A program made the translations under genes and the position numbers. Below, in pieces: positions 1 through 11,465 of a DNA stretch of 64,000 bases (its first letter is position 1; each line of letters opens with the position of its first letter). The DNA is from Hemiscyllium ocellatum (Eukaryota): positions 49,040 through 113,039 of the forward strand of contig NW_026867442.1 in the NCBI RefSeq assembly GCF_020745735.1. Reading direction: 5' to 3'. Below the pieces are notes generated by a model. It worked only from the letters and a program-made list of their open reading frames with translations, was not told the DNA's origin and made no database searches.

Positions 1-140
1 ATTAGTCTCTTAATTGCAGATGTTGTTTTGATTGAATTTGAATGCCACCATCTGCTGGATTCTAACCCTGGTCCCCAGAACATTACCTGGATCTCTGGAT
101 TAACAGCTCAGCAATAACACCATTAGACCATCACCTCCCT
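1..140 (-). mobile_element. 5' part of a SINE-like repeat (mirror of 51420-51760)
   Basis: Reverse complement aligns with 51420-51563; family not identified. Confidence 0.45.
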
Positions 141-189
141 TATCTCATTTTTGGATGACTGTGAAAGCAAGGTGTTTGTTTATTCTGGA

Positions 190-700
190 ACTGTATAAAA
201 CCCCAGTTAGAGCACAGTGAGAGAACTGTGTACGGTTCTGGTCACCACATACAGGAAGGATGTGATTCCATTAGAGATGGCGACAGAGGAGGAGTTTGTC
301 TGGAGTGGGGACTTTGAGCTTTGCGGAATGATTGGATTGGCTGGGACTGTTTTCTTTGGAACACAGGAGGCTGAGGGGAGATTTGATGGTGGTGTGTAAA
401 ATGATGAGGGGCCTGGACAGAGTGGGTAGGAAGGACTGATTTCCACCAGCACAGAGGGCAATAACCATGGGGAGAGATTGAAATCAGTTGGGGCAGGATT
501 AGAGGGGGTTTGAGGGTCTTTGTTTTCACCCAAAGGTTGGTGGGATGTGGGACTCACTGTCTGAAAGCGTGGGAGAGGCAGAAACCCTCATCACATTGAA
601 AAAACACTTAGATGTTCACTTGAAACAGCAAAACTTCCAGAGCTATGGAGCAAGAGCTGGAAAGTGGGATGGAGCGTGGTATCTCTTTAACAAACCTCCG
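190..700 (+). mobile_element. CR1-type LINE 3' fragment, present only in cluster 1
   Basis: Degenerate ELYKTxVRxQLEYCVxFWSP-type C-terminal ORF2 motif and CR1-like tail; absent at the matching site of cluster 2 (about 51360). Confidence 0.7.
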
Positions 701-1229
701 ATTACCCACAGATCAGGAGAACTTTATCCAAGAACATTGGAGAAGACTCGGATCCACACACGTCAGGAAAGAATCACGTTGGGGTGTCTGTGTAGAAGAT
801 TCTAGATTATATTTCAAACCTTGCTGCACACTATTGGGCTGAGGTCAAGGGTGAGGCTGCAAAGAGTCTCAGTGTCCTAGGTTCAGACAGGGTCACTGCT
901 CCTAATGACCCCATGACTCCTGGAAGGTGAGAGTGCGCAGACAATTGATGAGGATCCAGATCAGGAGACTCCAACCTTCAAGAAAGACTTGCACTTGTGT
1001 AGCACCTGTCCCCAACTCAGGATGTCCCACTGGATCTTTCCAGCAGACTGTGACCAGCGAGATCCCAAACACCATGTGATAATTAGCAGAGAAATACATT
1101 CTGAGTGATTTTGACTGGGGATAAATATTGACCAGGGACACCAGGGGGAACTGCCTGCTCTTCATCCAACAGTGCCGTGGAATGGCATCTTTCACAACTG
1201 AAAGACTCTCAGTTATTCCAAAAAATGAA

Positions 1230-1890
1230 GAATAGTTCCTTGAAGATGAAGTTGCAGGTACATTGGAAGTGACAAAGTTATTTGGTTTGCTTTCCTTTAC
1301 TTGTCAGTGCATTGGATATTGGAGTTGGGAGCTGTTGCGGCTGTACAGGACATTGGTTAGGGCACTTTTGGAATACTGTGTGCAATTCAGTTCTCCTTGC
1401 TGTAGGAAAAATGTTGCGAATCTTAAAATGATTTACAAGGATGATGCCAAGGTTGGAGGGTTTGCATGAAAAGGAGAGGCTGAATAGGCTGAGGCTGTTT
1501 TCCCTGGATCATTGCAGGTTGATGGGTGATCGTATAGAGGTTTATAAAATCATGAGCGGCATAGATAGAGTGAATAGAGAAGATTTTTTCTCCAGAGTTG
1601 GGGAGTCCAGAACTGGAGGGCATAGGCTGAAGGTGACAGGGAAAGATTTAAAAGGGACCTAAGGGACGTTTTCAATCAGAGGGTGTTAAATGTATGGAAT
1701 GAGCTGCCAGAGGAGGTGGTGAAGGCTGGTACAATTACAACATTTAAAAGGCATGGGTATGTAAATAGAAAGATGTTAGAGGGATATGGGCCAAATGCTG
1801 GCAAGTGGGACTAGATTAATTTCGGATATCTGGTCAGCATGGACGAGTTGGACCAAAGGGTCTGATTCTGTGCTGTCCATCCCTCTGACT
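1230..1890 (+). mobile_element. CR1-type LINE 3' fragment
   Basis: ORFs 1263-1469 (LYRTLVRALLEYCVQF) and 1441-1662 (ERLNRLRLFSL, SRTGGHRLKV); mirrored at 50700-51320. Confidence 0.85.
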
Positions 1891-2329
1891 CTAATTTTAT
1901 TTCAATCCAGCCCTTAACACATCAGGCTCTCCCAAAGACATTTACAGACAGTTTTGTTTGACAAGCAGTCACTGTTGCAATGTCAGTAACGTGGCAGCCA
2001 GTTTCTGCACAGCAAGATCCCACTAGAAGCAATGAGATCAAAGACCAATAATGATGTTGGCTCAACGATAAATATTGGCCTGAACTCAACCCAAAGAGAA
2101 AGGAATTTGGTTCAGTTGGATGGAAAATGAGAAAATGGAAGGTAAAGGAGAAGGTAGGATTGCTGGTTAGTGATGGGATTGATTGTTACCAAAAAATAAA
2201 AGAAAGGGATGGAATTTTTGAATATCAAAGGGATCATAAAAGTGCAGGGAAAATCAATAATAGAACAAACTTAAAGAGTTTGTATCTAAATGCACAAAGC
2301 ATTCTGAGTAAGGTTGACAAAGTGATGTC

Positions 2330-5030
2330 ACAATTCCAGGTAAATTGAGTTTCCAAGGAATTTAAACTAGTTAAAGTTGAGGAGGGCTCAGGAAAGGTTA
2401 TTCAAGTTTCTAGAAGATGTAAAAGGACAGAGAGTACAGAAAGGATCAGGAATCGAACATAAAGCACAGCAGATAAGGGGACAATGATGGGAAGGAGGGC
2501 AATCAATGCAGGACTAAGGGTGTTGTACTTAAATGCACACAATATACACAATGGGCTGGTAGTGCAGATTGAAACTGGCAGGTACGATGTTGTGGGTATC
2601 ACAGGGACATGGCTGAAAGGGAATTCGGGCTGGGAACTAAATATCCAAGGTTACATGTCCTATCAAAAGGACGGGCAGATGGGCAGAGGGGGAAGAGTTG
2701 CCTTGTTAGTGAGAAATGAAATTAAATCAATAGCAAGAAGTGATGTAGAGTTAGAAGGTGTAGAATCTGTGTGGGTAGAGCTGAGGAACTGCAATAAATA
2801 AAGAATCTGATGCAAGTTATGTCCAGGTCTCCAAGCAGTAATCAGGGTGTGGGGAAGGAAATCAATTAGGAGACAGAAAATGTCAGGGCAGACTTCAATG
2901 GATAGGTGGGCTGGGTAGTGTATCTCAAGGAAAGGATTTCATGGAATGTCGATGATTTTGGAGCAGCTTGTGGTTGAGCCATTATGGAACTGGCGGGTCT
3001 GGATTCAGTGATGTGTATTGAGGCTAACTTGATTAGTGAGTTTAAGGTGAAAGTATCCCTGTGGATAAGTGACCATAATACGATAGAATTCCCCCTGTAG
3101 TTTGAGAGGGAGAAGTTGCAATCAGATTGAACAGTATTTCAGTTGAGTAAAGGTAACTCAATGTGGTGGAGAATAGTGGGAAGCCCGAGGATTAGGAAGC
3201 CTTTAAAAACCTGCAGAGGATAACTGAAAAAGCATTAAGGGTGGAGAATGTGAAATGTGGGAGTTATCTAGCCAGTAATATAAAAGAAGATTGCAGGAGT
3301 TTTATCAGGTGTATAAAAAGGAAGAGGGAGTCAAAAATAGACTATGGATCACTGGAAAATGAGGCTGGAGAAAGAATAACAGGAAATGAAGGAATAGCAG
3401 AGGAATTGAATAGATATTTTGCCTCAGTCTGCACCATGGAAAACACCAGCAGTGTCCCAGTAATTCAAGACTGTCAGGGGTCGGAGGGGAGTGTAGTGGC
3501 CATCACTAAGGAGGAGGTACTGGGGAAGCTGAAAGGTCTGAATATGGATAACGCACCCAGACTGGATGAACTACACCCATGTGTTCTGAAGGAGATCACT
3601 GAGGAGATTGTGGAGGCATTGGTGATGATCTTTCAGTAATCAATGGAGTCAGGGTATGGAGGTGAGATGGGGACGGATTTGGTGGGGGCAAGGGACAGGA
3701 AAATGGCTCACATACCACCCCTGTTTCAGAAGGGAGGGAGGTAGAAGGTGGGACATTGTAGGCCAGTTAGCCAGGACTCAGTTGTTGGTAAGGTTTTAGA
3801 CTTCAATTTAAGGATGAAATTGCAGAGGATTGGAAGTGCAATGGCTTCATCAAGGAGACGTCATGCCTGGCAAATCTGTTAGAATTCTTTGAGGAGGCAA
3901 TGAGCCAGTCAGACAAAGGAGAGTCCGAGGAAGTAATCTCTTTGGATTTCCACAAGGCATTTGACATAAGATAAGCGCCCACAGTATTAGTGGCAATGTA
4001 GTGGCATGGATTGAAGACTGGCAGGTTGGCATAAAGCAGAGCATGAGGAACAATGGCCGCTGGTGACTAGTAGAGTTCTGCAGTTGTCAATGTTATGGCC
4101 ATAACTATTCACGTTATACATTAACAATCTGGATGAAGGAAGTGAAGACATTGTTGCTAAGTTTGCACGTGACATGAGATAGGTGGAGGGACAGGTAGTG
4201 TTGAGGAAGTGGGAAGGCTGTAAAAGCTCCTGGATAGGCTCGGAGAGTGGGCAAAGAAGTGGCAGATAGAATACAATGTGTGACAGTGTGAGGGTATGCA
4301 CTTTGGGAGGAAGAAGAGATGCAAAGACTGTTTGCTAAATAAGGAAAGCTTTTGGAAATCTAAAGCACAAACCTCATTCAGGTTTCCCTTCAGTTTAACA
4401 GGCAGGTCCAGTTTGTGCTTGGGAAGGCAAATGAAATGTTCGCATTCATTTCAATAGGGCCAGAATACAAGAGCAGAGATGTACTGCTGAGGCTGTGTAA
4501 GGCTCTGGTCAGACCACATTTGGAATATTGTGAGCAGATTTGGGACCCATATTCTAAGAAACAATGTGCTGGCATTGGAGGGGTTTACAAGAATGATCCT
4601 GGGGATGAAAGGCTTGTCATATGAGGCGTGGTTGAGGACACTGGGTCTGTACTCGATGGAGTTTAGAAGAATGAGGAGGGATCTGATTGAAATTTGCAGA
4701 ATACTGATCGGCCTGGATAGAGTGGATGCAGGACAGACTCGGGAACCAAGGCACAGCCTCAGAATGAAGGGCCGACCCTTTTGAGCTGAGGTGAGGAGGA
4801 ATTTCTTCAGCCAGAAGGTGGTGAATCTGTGGAACTCATTGTTACAGAGGGCAGGGGAGGCCAAGTCACTAAGTGTATTTAAGACAGAGATAGATAGGTT
4901 CGTGATTGTGAAGGGGATCGAACGTTCCTGTGGAGTAGGCAGGAGAATGGGGGTGAGAAGCATATCTGCCAAGATCAAATGGCAGAGCAGATTCAATGGG
5001 CTGAATGGCTGATTTCTGCTCCTATTTCTT
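2330..5030 (+). mobile_element. Decayed CR1 ORF2 (APE endonuclease plus RT)
   Basis: LYLNAHNI..YDVVGITGTWL endonuclease start (2484-2801), RT linker (3241-3639), C-terminal LVRPHLEYC; many stops and frameshifts. Confidence 0.9.
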
Positions 5031-5149
5031 AAAGACTTCTGGAGAGTTTCCCCAAAACCCTGGAACACTGAACCCACTGGACTGTGAGCCCTGCTGGAGC
5101 TGTTTGTCATCAGAACTTTGCCAAGAGACAAACAAAGAGTGGAGAGAGT

Positions 5150-6150
5150 GTGCATCCATGTGGGAATTTCAGAATGTTTCCCAGCTCCTGGAATACCATG
5201 AGTACAGGAAGTGAAGTCTGTGACAGCAGTTAGAGCTCTGGGTTTTGGAGCTTGAGCAGCAGCTGGTGTCAGTGCGGAGCGTCTGTGAGGCTGAGAGCTC
5301 CGTGGAGAGCACGTTTCTAGATGTGGTAACTCTGCAGCCTCAGAGTATGCAGGGAGAGAGGGAATGGGGGAGCAGCAGACAGTCCAAAAGGATCAGGCAG
5401 CTAGTATAGGAGTCCCCAGGCATCCCACTCTCCAACCAGGATACAGTTCAGAATCCTGATGAGAATGATGGTTCATCTGGGGAGTGCAGCCAGAGCCAAG
5501 TCCCTGGCATCACTGGTGACTCAGCTATAATGGGGGGTTGCCGGGGCGGTGGTGGGGGTGGGGGGGGGGGGGGGGGGAGGGGGGGTGAGGGGTGGTGGGG
5601 TGGTGGTGTGGTATTAGCAAGACTGGAAGAGTGATCGTAAAAGGAGATTTGAGACTGAGGGCATCGATAGGTGTTTCTGCAGCTGCAGATGGGAATCCAG
5701 GATGGTGTGTTGTCTCCCTGGTGCCAGAGTGAAGGATGTCACTGAGCGACTGCAGAGCACCCTGAGGGGAGAGGGGGAACAGGCAGCAGTCGTGGTCCAC
5801 ATCGGTCCCAGTGACAGAGGGAGAAAAGGGATGTAGTCCTGCAGTCAGAATTTAGGGAGCTCAGAAGGGAAATAACATCAGGAACTCAAAAGTAGGAATC
5901 TTCAGGTTACTCCCAGTGCCCCAGGCAAGTGACAAGAGGAGCAGGAGGATAACACAAGTGACTGTGGGGCTGGAAGAGGATCCAGGAGGGAGGGTTTTAG
6001 ATTCTTGTGACATTGGGACTGGGTCTGGGGTAATGGGACCTGGATAGACCAGACAGCGTTGCTCCTGAACAGAGCTGGCACTGAGCTCCTTTGAGGTGAT
6101 CTACTCGTGCTGTTGGAGAGGGTTTAAACTAACTTGGCAGAGCTGTGGGA
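5150..6150 (+). mobile_element. Decayed CR1 ORF1 (Cys-rich, coiled-coil, SGNH-esterase-like)
   Basis: CxxMWE..ELEQQL segment and MVCCLPGARVKDVTERLQ..VVVHIG motif; mirrored at 47040-47870. Confidence 0.75.
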
Positions 6151-7738
6151 GTCAGGAGGGACTGTCAGAGAGGAACACCAAGGTCCACAGAATCATCAGT
6201 GCAGTCAATAAGTCACCACCCAATGGGAAGGATTTAGAGGAATACATTTGCAAGGAATTTACAGTGACCTGCAAATATAATAGTCATTACAAATGGGGTT
6301 GGGGGGGGGGGGGTGGAATTTCTTTAATTTCTGAATATAGACTGGGGTAGTAGCAGTGTGAAGGACAGAGGGGCCAGAGTCGTGAGAGTGTGTTCATGTG
6401 AATTTTCTCCAGCTGCATGTTTCCAGTCCAATGAGAAAGGAGGCTCTGCTAGATCTGGATCTTGGAAATGAGGAGGCCCAAGTGGATCACGTGTCAGTGA
6501 GAGGACACTTAAGGAAGAGTGATCATTGTATCACAAAGTTGAGGGTGACGGTAGAAAAGAACAAAGGCCTTTTCAGGGTCAAACATCTTCACTGGGGAAA
6601 ATGCCAGCTTCTATAAGATATGGATGTCTCAGATCTGAATAAAGTTGGATCAAAGGTTGGCAGGAAAGTCCTGAAAAGAATAGTAGAGGATGTGGACCAG
6701 GTATATTCGAGATACATTTGAAGGAGGGCAAACAATTCCTGAACTTACTCAAGGGCAAAAGTGGTAGAATTATGGTAAATAAGAAAAGGGCAAAAGAGTA
6801 ACTAGAGAGAGAATAGGGCCCCATGAAGATGAACAATGTACCTCTGGGTGGATCCACAGGAAATGGTTTAGGTCTTAAATGAATATTCCAGGTCAGTATT
6901 TATCATGGAGAAAGACATGGAAATTTGGGAACTTGGGAAATAAATAGTAATGTCTTGACACAAGTCCACATTATAGAAGAAGATTTCTTAAAGTGCAAGA
7001 CGGTAGATAAATCTCCAGGACCTGATCAGGTGTATCCCAGGACATTGTGGAAAGCTAGGAAAGAGATGGCTGGATCCCTTGCTGAGGTATGTTTCTGATT
7101 GACAGCCATGAGTGAGGTTCTGGAGAACCAGAGAGGTTGGCTAATGTTAGCCATTATTTAAGAAAGGCTGTAAGGAAAAGCCAGGGAAATATAAACCAGT
7201 GAGCCTGATGTCATTGCTGGGTAAGTTATTGGAGTGAATTCTGAGGGACAGGATTTACATGCATTTGGACAATCAATGCAGTTTTGTGCATGGTAATCAT
7301 GTCTCACTAACGTGATTGAGATTGTTTGAAGAGAAGATTGATGTAGGCAGAACAGTACACACTGTCTATATAGACTTCAGCAAAGCATTTGACAAGGTTC
7401 CACATGATAGACTGATTAGTAAGATTAGGCCACATGGGATCCAGGGGGAGCTAGCCATTTGGGTAAAAAAAAATGACTTCAAGATAGGAGACAGAGAGTG
7501 GTGGTAAGTGGTTGCTTTTCAGACTGGAGATCAGATGTCAGCTGTGTGCCACAAGGATTGGTGCTGGGTCCATGGCTTTTCATCATTTAAATAAATGATT
7601 TGGATGTGAATATAGGAATTATGGCGAGTTTGTAAATGACACCAAAATTGGTGGTACAGTGGATAGTGAAGAAGCTTATCTGAGAGTACAGTGGGACCTT
7701 GATCATTTGGGGAAATGGGCAGAAGTGTGGCAAATGGA

Positions 7739-7950
7739 CAAAAGTGCAGACTGCAGATGCTGGAAACCAGAGTTTAGATCAGAGTGGTGCTGGAAAAGCA
7801 CAGCATGTCAGGCAGCATCCGAGGAGCAGAAAAATCGACTTTTCGGCTAGAGGAATCCTGATGAAGGGCTTTTGCCCGAAACGTCGATTTTCCTGCTCCT
7901 TGGATGTTGCCTGACCTGCTGTGCTTTTCCAGCACCACTCTGATCTAAAC
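7739..7950. mobile_element. Penelope-like pLTR fold-back insertion with 14-bp target-site duplication
   Basis: Inverted arms about 7773-7847 and 7877-7950; flanks GTGTGGCAAATGGA (7725-7738) and GTGTGACAAATGGA (7951-7964); absent from cluster 2. Confidence 0.75.
7858..7885 (+). ncRNA. Minimal hammerhead ribozyme core
   Basis: CUGAUGA-A-GGGC-UUUU-GCCC-GAAAC-GUC; palindromic ACGU helix III as in PLE hammerheads. Confidence 0.75.
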
Positions 7951-8088
7951 GTGTGACAAATGGAGTTCAATTTAGATAAATGTGAGATGTTGCATTTTGG
8001 AAAATCAAACCAGGGCAGGACTTATACTGTTAATGGTGGGGCCCTGTGGAGTGTTGCTCAACAAAGTGACCTCAGGGTGCAGGGGCAG

Positions 8089-8260
8089 NNNNNNNNNNNN
8101 NNNNNNNNNNNNNNNNNNNNNNNNNNNNNNNNNNNNNNNNNNNNNNNNNNNNNNNNNNNNNNNNNNNNNNNNNNNNNNNNNNNNNNNNNNNNNNNNNNNN
8201 NNNNNNNNNNNNNNNNNNNNNNNNNNNNNNNNNNNNNNNNNNNNNNNNNNNNNNNNNNNN
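8089..8260. other. Assembly gap (172 N)
   Basis: Run of N. Confidence 1.
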
Positions 8261-9049
8261 CAGTGAAGTCACAGGGAGACAGGGAGATGAAGAAGGTGTT
8301 GGGTACACTTGCCTTTATTGGTCACTGCACTAAGTATCAGAGTTGGGACATCATTTGCAGCTGTACAGGAAATTGGTGAGGCTATTTTGGGAATAACGTG
8401 GACAATTCTGATCATCCTGTGATAGGAAGGATGCTGTTAAACTTAAAATTCTGCAGAAAAGATTTACATGGATGTTGCCTGGAACTGGAGGGTTTGAACT
8501 GTCGGAAGAGGTTATTTTTCCTGCAGGATCGGAGACTGAGGGGTGGCCTTATAGATGTTTATAAAATCTTGACAGGCATGGACAGGGTGTATATCCCAGG
8601 TCTTTGCCTTGGGAAAGGGAATCCAAAACTAGAGGGTATAGGTTTAAGATGAGAGGCAAAAGATCCAAAAGGGACCTGAGGGGTAACTTGTCACACAGAG
8701 GGTGGTGCGTGTACGGATCGAGCTGTCAGAGAAAGTGCTGGAGACGGATACAATTATAACATTTAAAAGATGTTTGGATGGGTACATGAATAGGAAGGGT
8801 TTAGAGGGATGTGGGCTAAATGCTGGCAAATGGGATGAGGTCAGTTTTGGATATCTAGTTAGCATGGAGGAGTTAGACTGAAAGATCTGTTTCCACGCTG
8901 TCTGACTCTGTGACCATTAGTGGCTGGAAAAGCTGAGATCTTTTACCCTGAAGTGCCGGAGGCTGAGGAGTGACCTTACAGAGGTTTATAAAATCATGAG
9001 GGACATAAATAATGTGAATAATGCAGGAAGGAGGTGAATGTTTTGTAGA

Positions 9050-9745
9050 GCTGGCAAACATATGCACAAAGATCATTCCAGGGATGAGGAATATCAGTTC
9101 TGAAGATAGATTGGAGAATTTGGGACTGTCTTCTTTGGAGAAAGTTACAGATCACACAACATCAGGTTATAGTCCAACAGGTTAATGTGGAAGCACTAGC
9201 TTTTGGAGCGCCGCTGACAATCATTTGATGAAGGAGGGATGCTCCGAAAGCTGTGCTTCCAAATAAACCCCCTGTTGGACTATAACCTGGTGTTGTGTGA
9301 TTTTTAACTTTGTCCACCCCAGTCCAACACCGGCACCTTCAAGTCTTTGGAGAAGGCAGCGAGGAGAATTGTTCCAGAAATTCAAAATCAGGAGGGGCCT
9401 GGAACAGAGTAAATTGGGAGAAAATGATTCCACTTGTGAAAGGATTGAGACCGAGAGGCCACAGATTGAAAGTAATTGGAAAAGTAAGAAAAGTGAGATG
9501 AGGGAAAACATTTTCAGCCAGTGGGTGGTTAAGGTGTGGAATGCACTGCCTGAGAGTGTGGTGGAGGCAGCTTCAATTGAAACATTCCGAAGGGAATGAG
9601 ACTGTTATCTGAAAAGGAACAATGTGCAGGGTGACAGGGAGAAGGCAGGAGAATGACACTCAGTGAATTGCTCATTCGGAGAGCTAGTCCAGACAGGATG
9701 GACGGAATGGCCTCCTTGTGCACTGTAACAATTCTGTGATTGTGT
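9050..9745 (+). mobile_element. CR1-type LINE 3' end
   Basis: ENIFSQWVVKVWNALPESVVEA motif and tail; mirrored at about 43800-44300. Confidence 0.8.
9143..9343. mobile_element. Penelope-like pLTR fold-back insertion (second family), 11-bp TSD
   Basis: ATCACACAAC..AGGTTATAGTCCAACAG arm and its inverse; TCTTTGGAGAA at 9132-9142 and 9344-9354; degenerate TGATGA..GCTCCGAAAGCT core; absent from cluster 2. Confidence 0.7.
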
Positions 9746-9794
9746 GATTGAGCAGAGTTAAAGCTGGGGGAGGTGGGAGCTCGGTGTCTCACTG

Positions 9795-9796
<2 letters not shown>

Positions 9797-9829
<33 letters not shown>
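9797..9829. repeat. (CTG)11 microsatellite in J-C intron of cluster 1
   Basis: Direct count; paralogue is (CAG)8 at 43744-43767. Confidence 0.95.
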
Positions 9830-10203
9830 AGGTCAGTGAGATCAGAGACTGGGACAGGGAGCCAGAGCTCACATCAAACTCTGCCCGAGTCCGTCACACT
9901 GAGACTGGCAGGAGGCTACTCACTGATTTCACTCCATGCTGCAGGAATGGGACCACAGGCTGCAAATGGGCAGAGCTCCTCCACACGGTGAGTAAAACTT
10001 ACTGACTTATATCTTGCTTTTTTTAAAGAGGGCATGAAAGTAAAGAAATACAGCTGGACACCCTGTTAGACACAGTGCTCCTCAATCAACCATTTCATTC
10101 ACTGCAGCTTCCCACTAACACCTTCAACAAATCAGCAACTGTATTTTAGAAAGTGTGTTTCAGTATTGACAGGGTTAATAACAGAGGATTGAGGTTTACT
10201 TAC

Positions 10204-10238
10204 TCAGTCTGAGCTTGGTTCCTTTACCGAACGTAAGA
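10204..10238 (-). CDS. IGKJ: Ig kappa-type light-chain J segment, cluster 1 (LTFGKGTKLRL)
   Basis: FGxG motif, follows 23-RSS, canonical donor A/GTAAGT at 10203-10198. Confidence 0.95.
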
Positions 10239-10277
10239 CACAGTGAGAGCTCCCAGTGCAGAGGCTGTACAAAAACC
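10239..10277 (-). other. 23-bp spacer RSS of J1 (consensus)
   Basis: CACAGTG 10239-10245, 23 nt, ACAAAAACC 10269-10277 on the plus strand. Confidence 0.97.
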
Positions 10278-10713
10278 TCAGCTCTCTGCTTCCCTCTTAT
10301 CACTGTCAACCTCTCTCTGTCTCTGTGTGTCTATCGCTCACTCTCACCCTCTCCCTGCCCCTCTCTGTCTCTCCCTCATTCATGTGTCTTTCTCTCTCTG
10401 TCTCTCTGGGTTGTTTCCAGCTGGGCTCGGGAGGTTTGTGAAATTTATTTTTCGATGTTAAATCTTGAGGCAGCTCTTCACATGTGGCCATGGAGTGTAA
10501 GAGGGAAACTAGAGGCCTTCAGTGAGCGTTGAGACACCACAGGGACTGGAGTGTGCCGTGGACAGTGGAAATCCCAGTTTGGGGTAATTTGATCAGTTTC
10601 ATTCAGATCTAACTGGATATATCACTTCAGGCAGTGAGACTGTGTGTTCATTATTATACATTTTATGTGACTGTGCGATGTGTCAGTCCAGGAGGTGGTG
10701 TTGTGCGTGTTGA

Positions 10714-10741
10714 GGTTTTTGTATGGCTCTGTATCACTGTG
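10714..10741 (-). other. 12-bp spacer RSS of V1 (consensus)
   Basis: Minus strand CACAGTG-ATACAGAGCCAT-ACAAAAACC. Confidence 0.97.
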
Positions 10742-11040
10742 TCGAGGGTAGCTGCTATACTGCTGACAGTAATAGTCAGCGACATCCTCATTCTGAACGT
10801 TGCTGATTGTCAGGGTGAAACTGGTCCCTGATCCACTGCCGGTGAATCGATCGGAGACTCCTGTGAATCGAGTTGCTGCATTGTAGATCAGGAGAGAGGG
10901 TTTCTGACCTTCTCGCTGCTGGTACCAAGCAAGGTTGCTGCTAATGCTTTGACTGGCCTTACAGGTGATGGTTGCGGTCTGGCCCAGTCCCACTGACAGC
11001 ACCGGGGGAGACTGGGTCATGGTGATGTCCCCACTGATAC
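10742..11040 (-). CDS. IGKV: Ig kappa-type (type III, NS4-like) V exon, cluster 1, apparently functional
   Basis: [43 protein letters not shown]; acceptor CTCAG/GT; 12-RSS on V and 23-RSS on J is the kappa arrangement. Confidence 0.97.
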
Positions 11041-11226
11041 CTGAGGGGTCAGAGAGAAACACAGTGAAGTCAGAACTGTCACACAAAGAGCCTGTCAAAT
11101 GAGAGATTGTTGGAGACACTGAGCATTCCTCTGGTTTCAGCATTTTCCCTTCAATCACAAGTCAGTGGAATTGGAGTGAAATGGAGAGCAGCGAAAGATT
11201 CAAGGTGGAAGGAGAGAGATTTGTAC

Positions 11227-11275
11227 CTGCGACACAGAATGCCAGGGGCCAGATCAGCTGGATGTGTGAAATCAT
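11227..11275 (-). CDS. IGKV: Leader exon, cluster 1 (MISHIQLIWPLAFCVA-G)
   Basis: ATG at 11275, hydrophobic peptide, phase-1 donor G/GTACAA in frame with the V exon. Confidence 0.92.
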
Positions 11276-11335
11276 GGTGTGTGCTCCTGTCCCTGTGCCT
11301 GGTTCCTGATAAACTCTCCCTTCTCTGGGCTCTGC

Positions 11336-11415
11336 TTTATAAAGCTGCAGCCTGTGAGAGTCTGACTGGGTGTTCCTCAGTATGTAAATGGCATCAGGCA
11401 GAGAGAGCCACGTCA
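11336..11415 (-). promoter_or_regulatory. V1 promoter: TATA, variant octamer ATTTACAT, CRE-like TGACGTGG
   Basis: TTTATAAA 11336-11343, ATGTAAAT 11382-11389, CCACGTCA 11408-11415; all conserved in cluster 2. Confidence 0.75.
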
Positions 11416-11428
11416 GCCCCACACACTT

Positions 11429-11465
<37 letters not shown>

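Larger units (their letters stand above)
6320..9020 (+). mobile_element. Decayed CR1 ORF2 with nested insertions
   Basis: VYIDFSKAFDKVPH (7316-7507), MEFNLDKCEMLHFG (7960 onward); interrupted by a fold-back insertion and an N gap. Confidence 0.85.

Noticed and set aside
4451-5155. Long ORFs such as 4451-5155, 32357-32992, 14509-15081 and 35977-36465 as host genes
   Set aside because: They are antisense or alternate frames of decayed LINE sequence
9748-10005. Poly-Ala or poly-Leu ORFs as a signal-peptide gene
   Set aside because: Produced by the CTG repeat; no ATG-initiated frame with recognisable homology
10204-11040. Germline-joined VJ gene
   Set aside because: In both clusters V and J are about 0.5 kb apart and each retains an RSS
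10622-11158. 178-aa ORF (and 42408-42941) as a single-exon gene
   Set aside because: It is leader-intron sequence, the V exon and read-through past the RSS; the real structure is a spliced leader plus V
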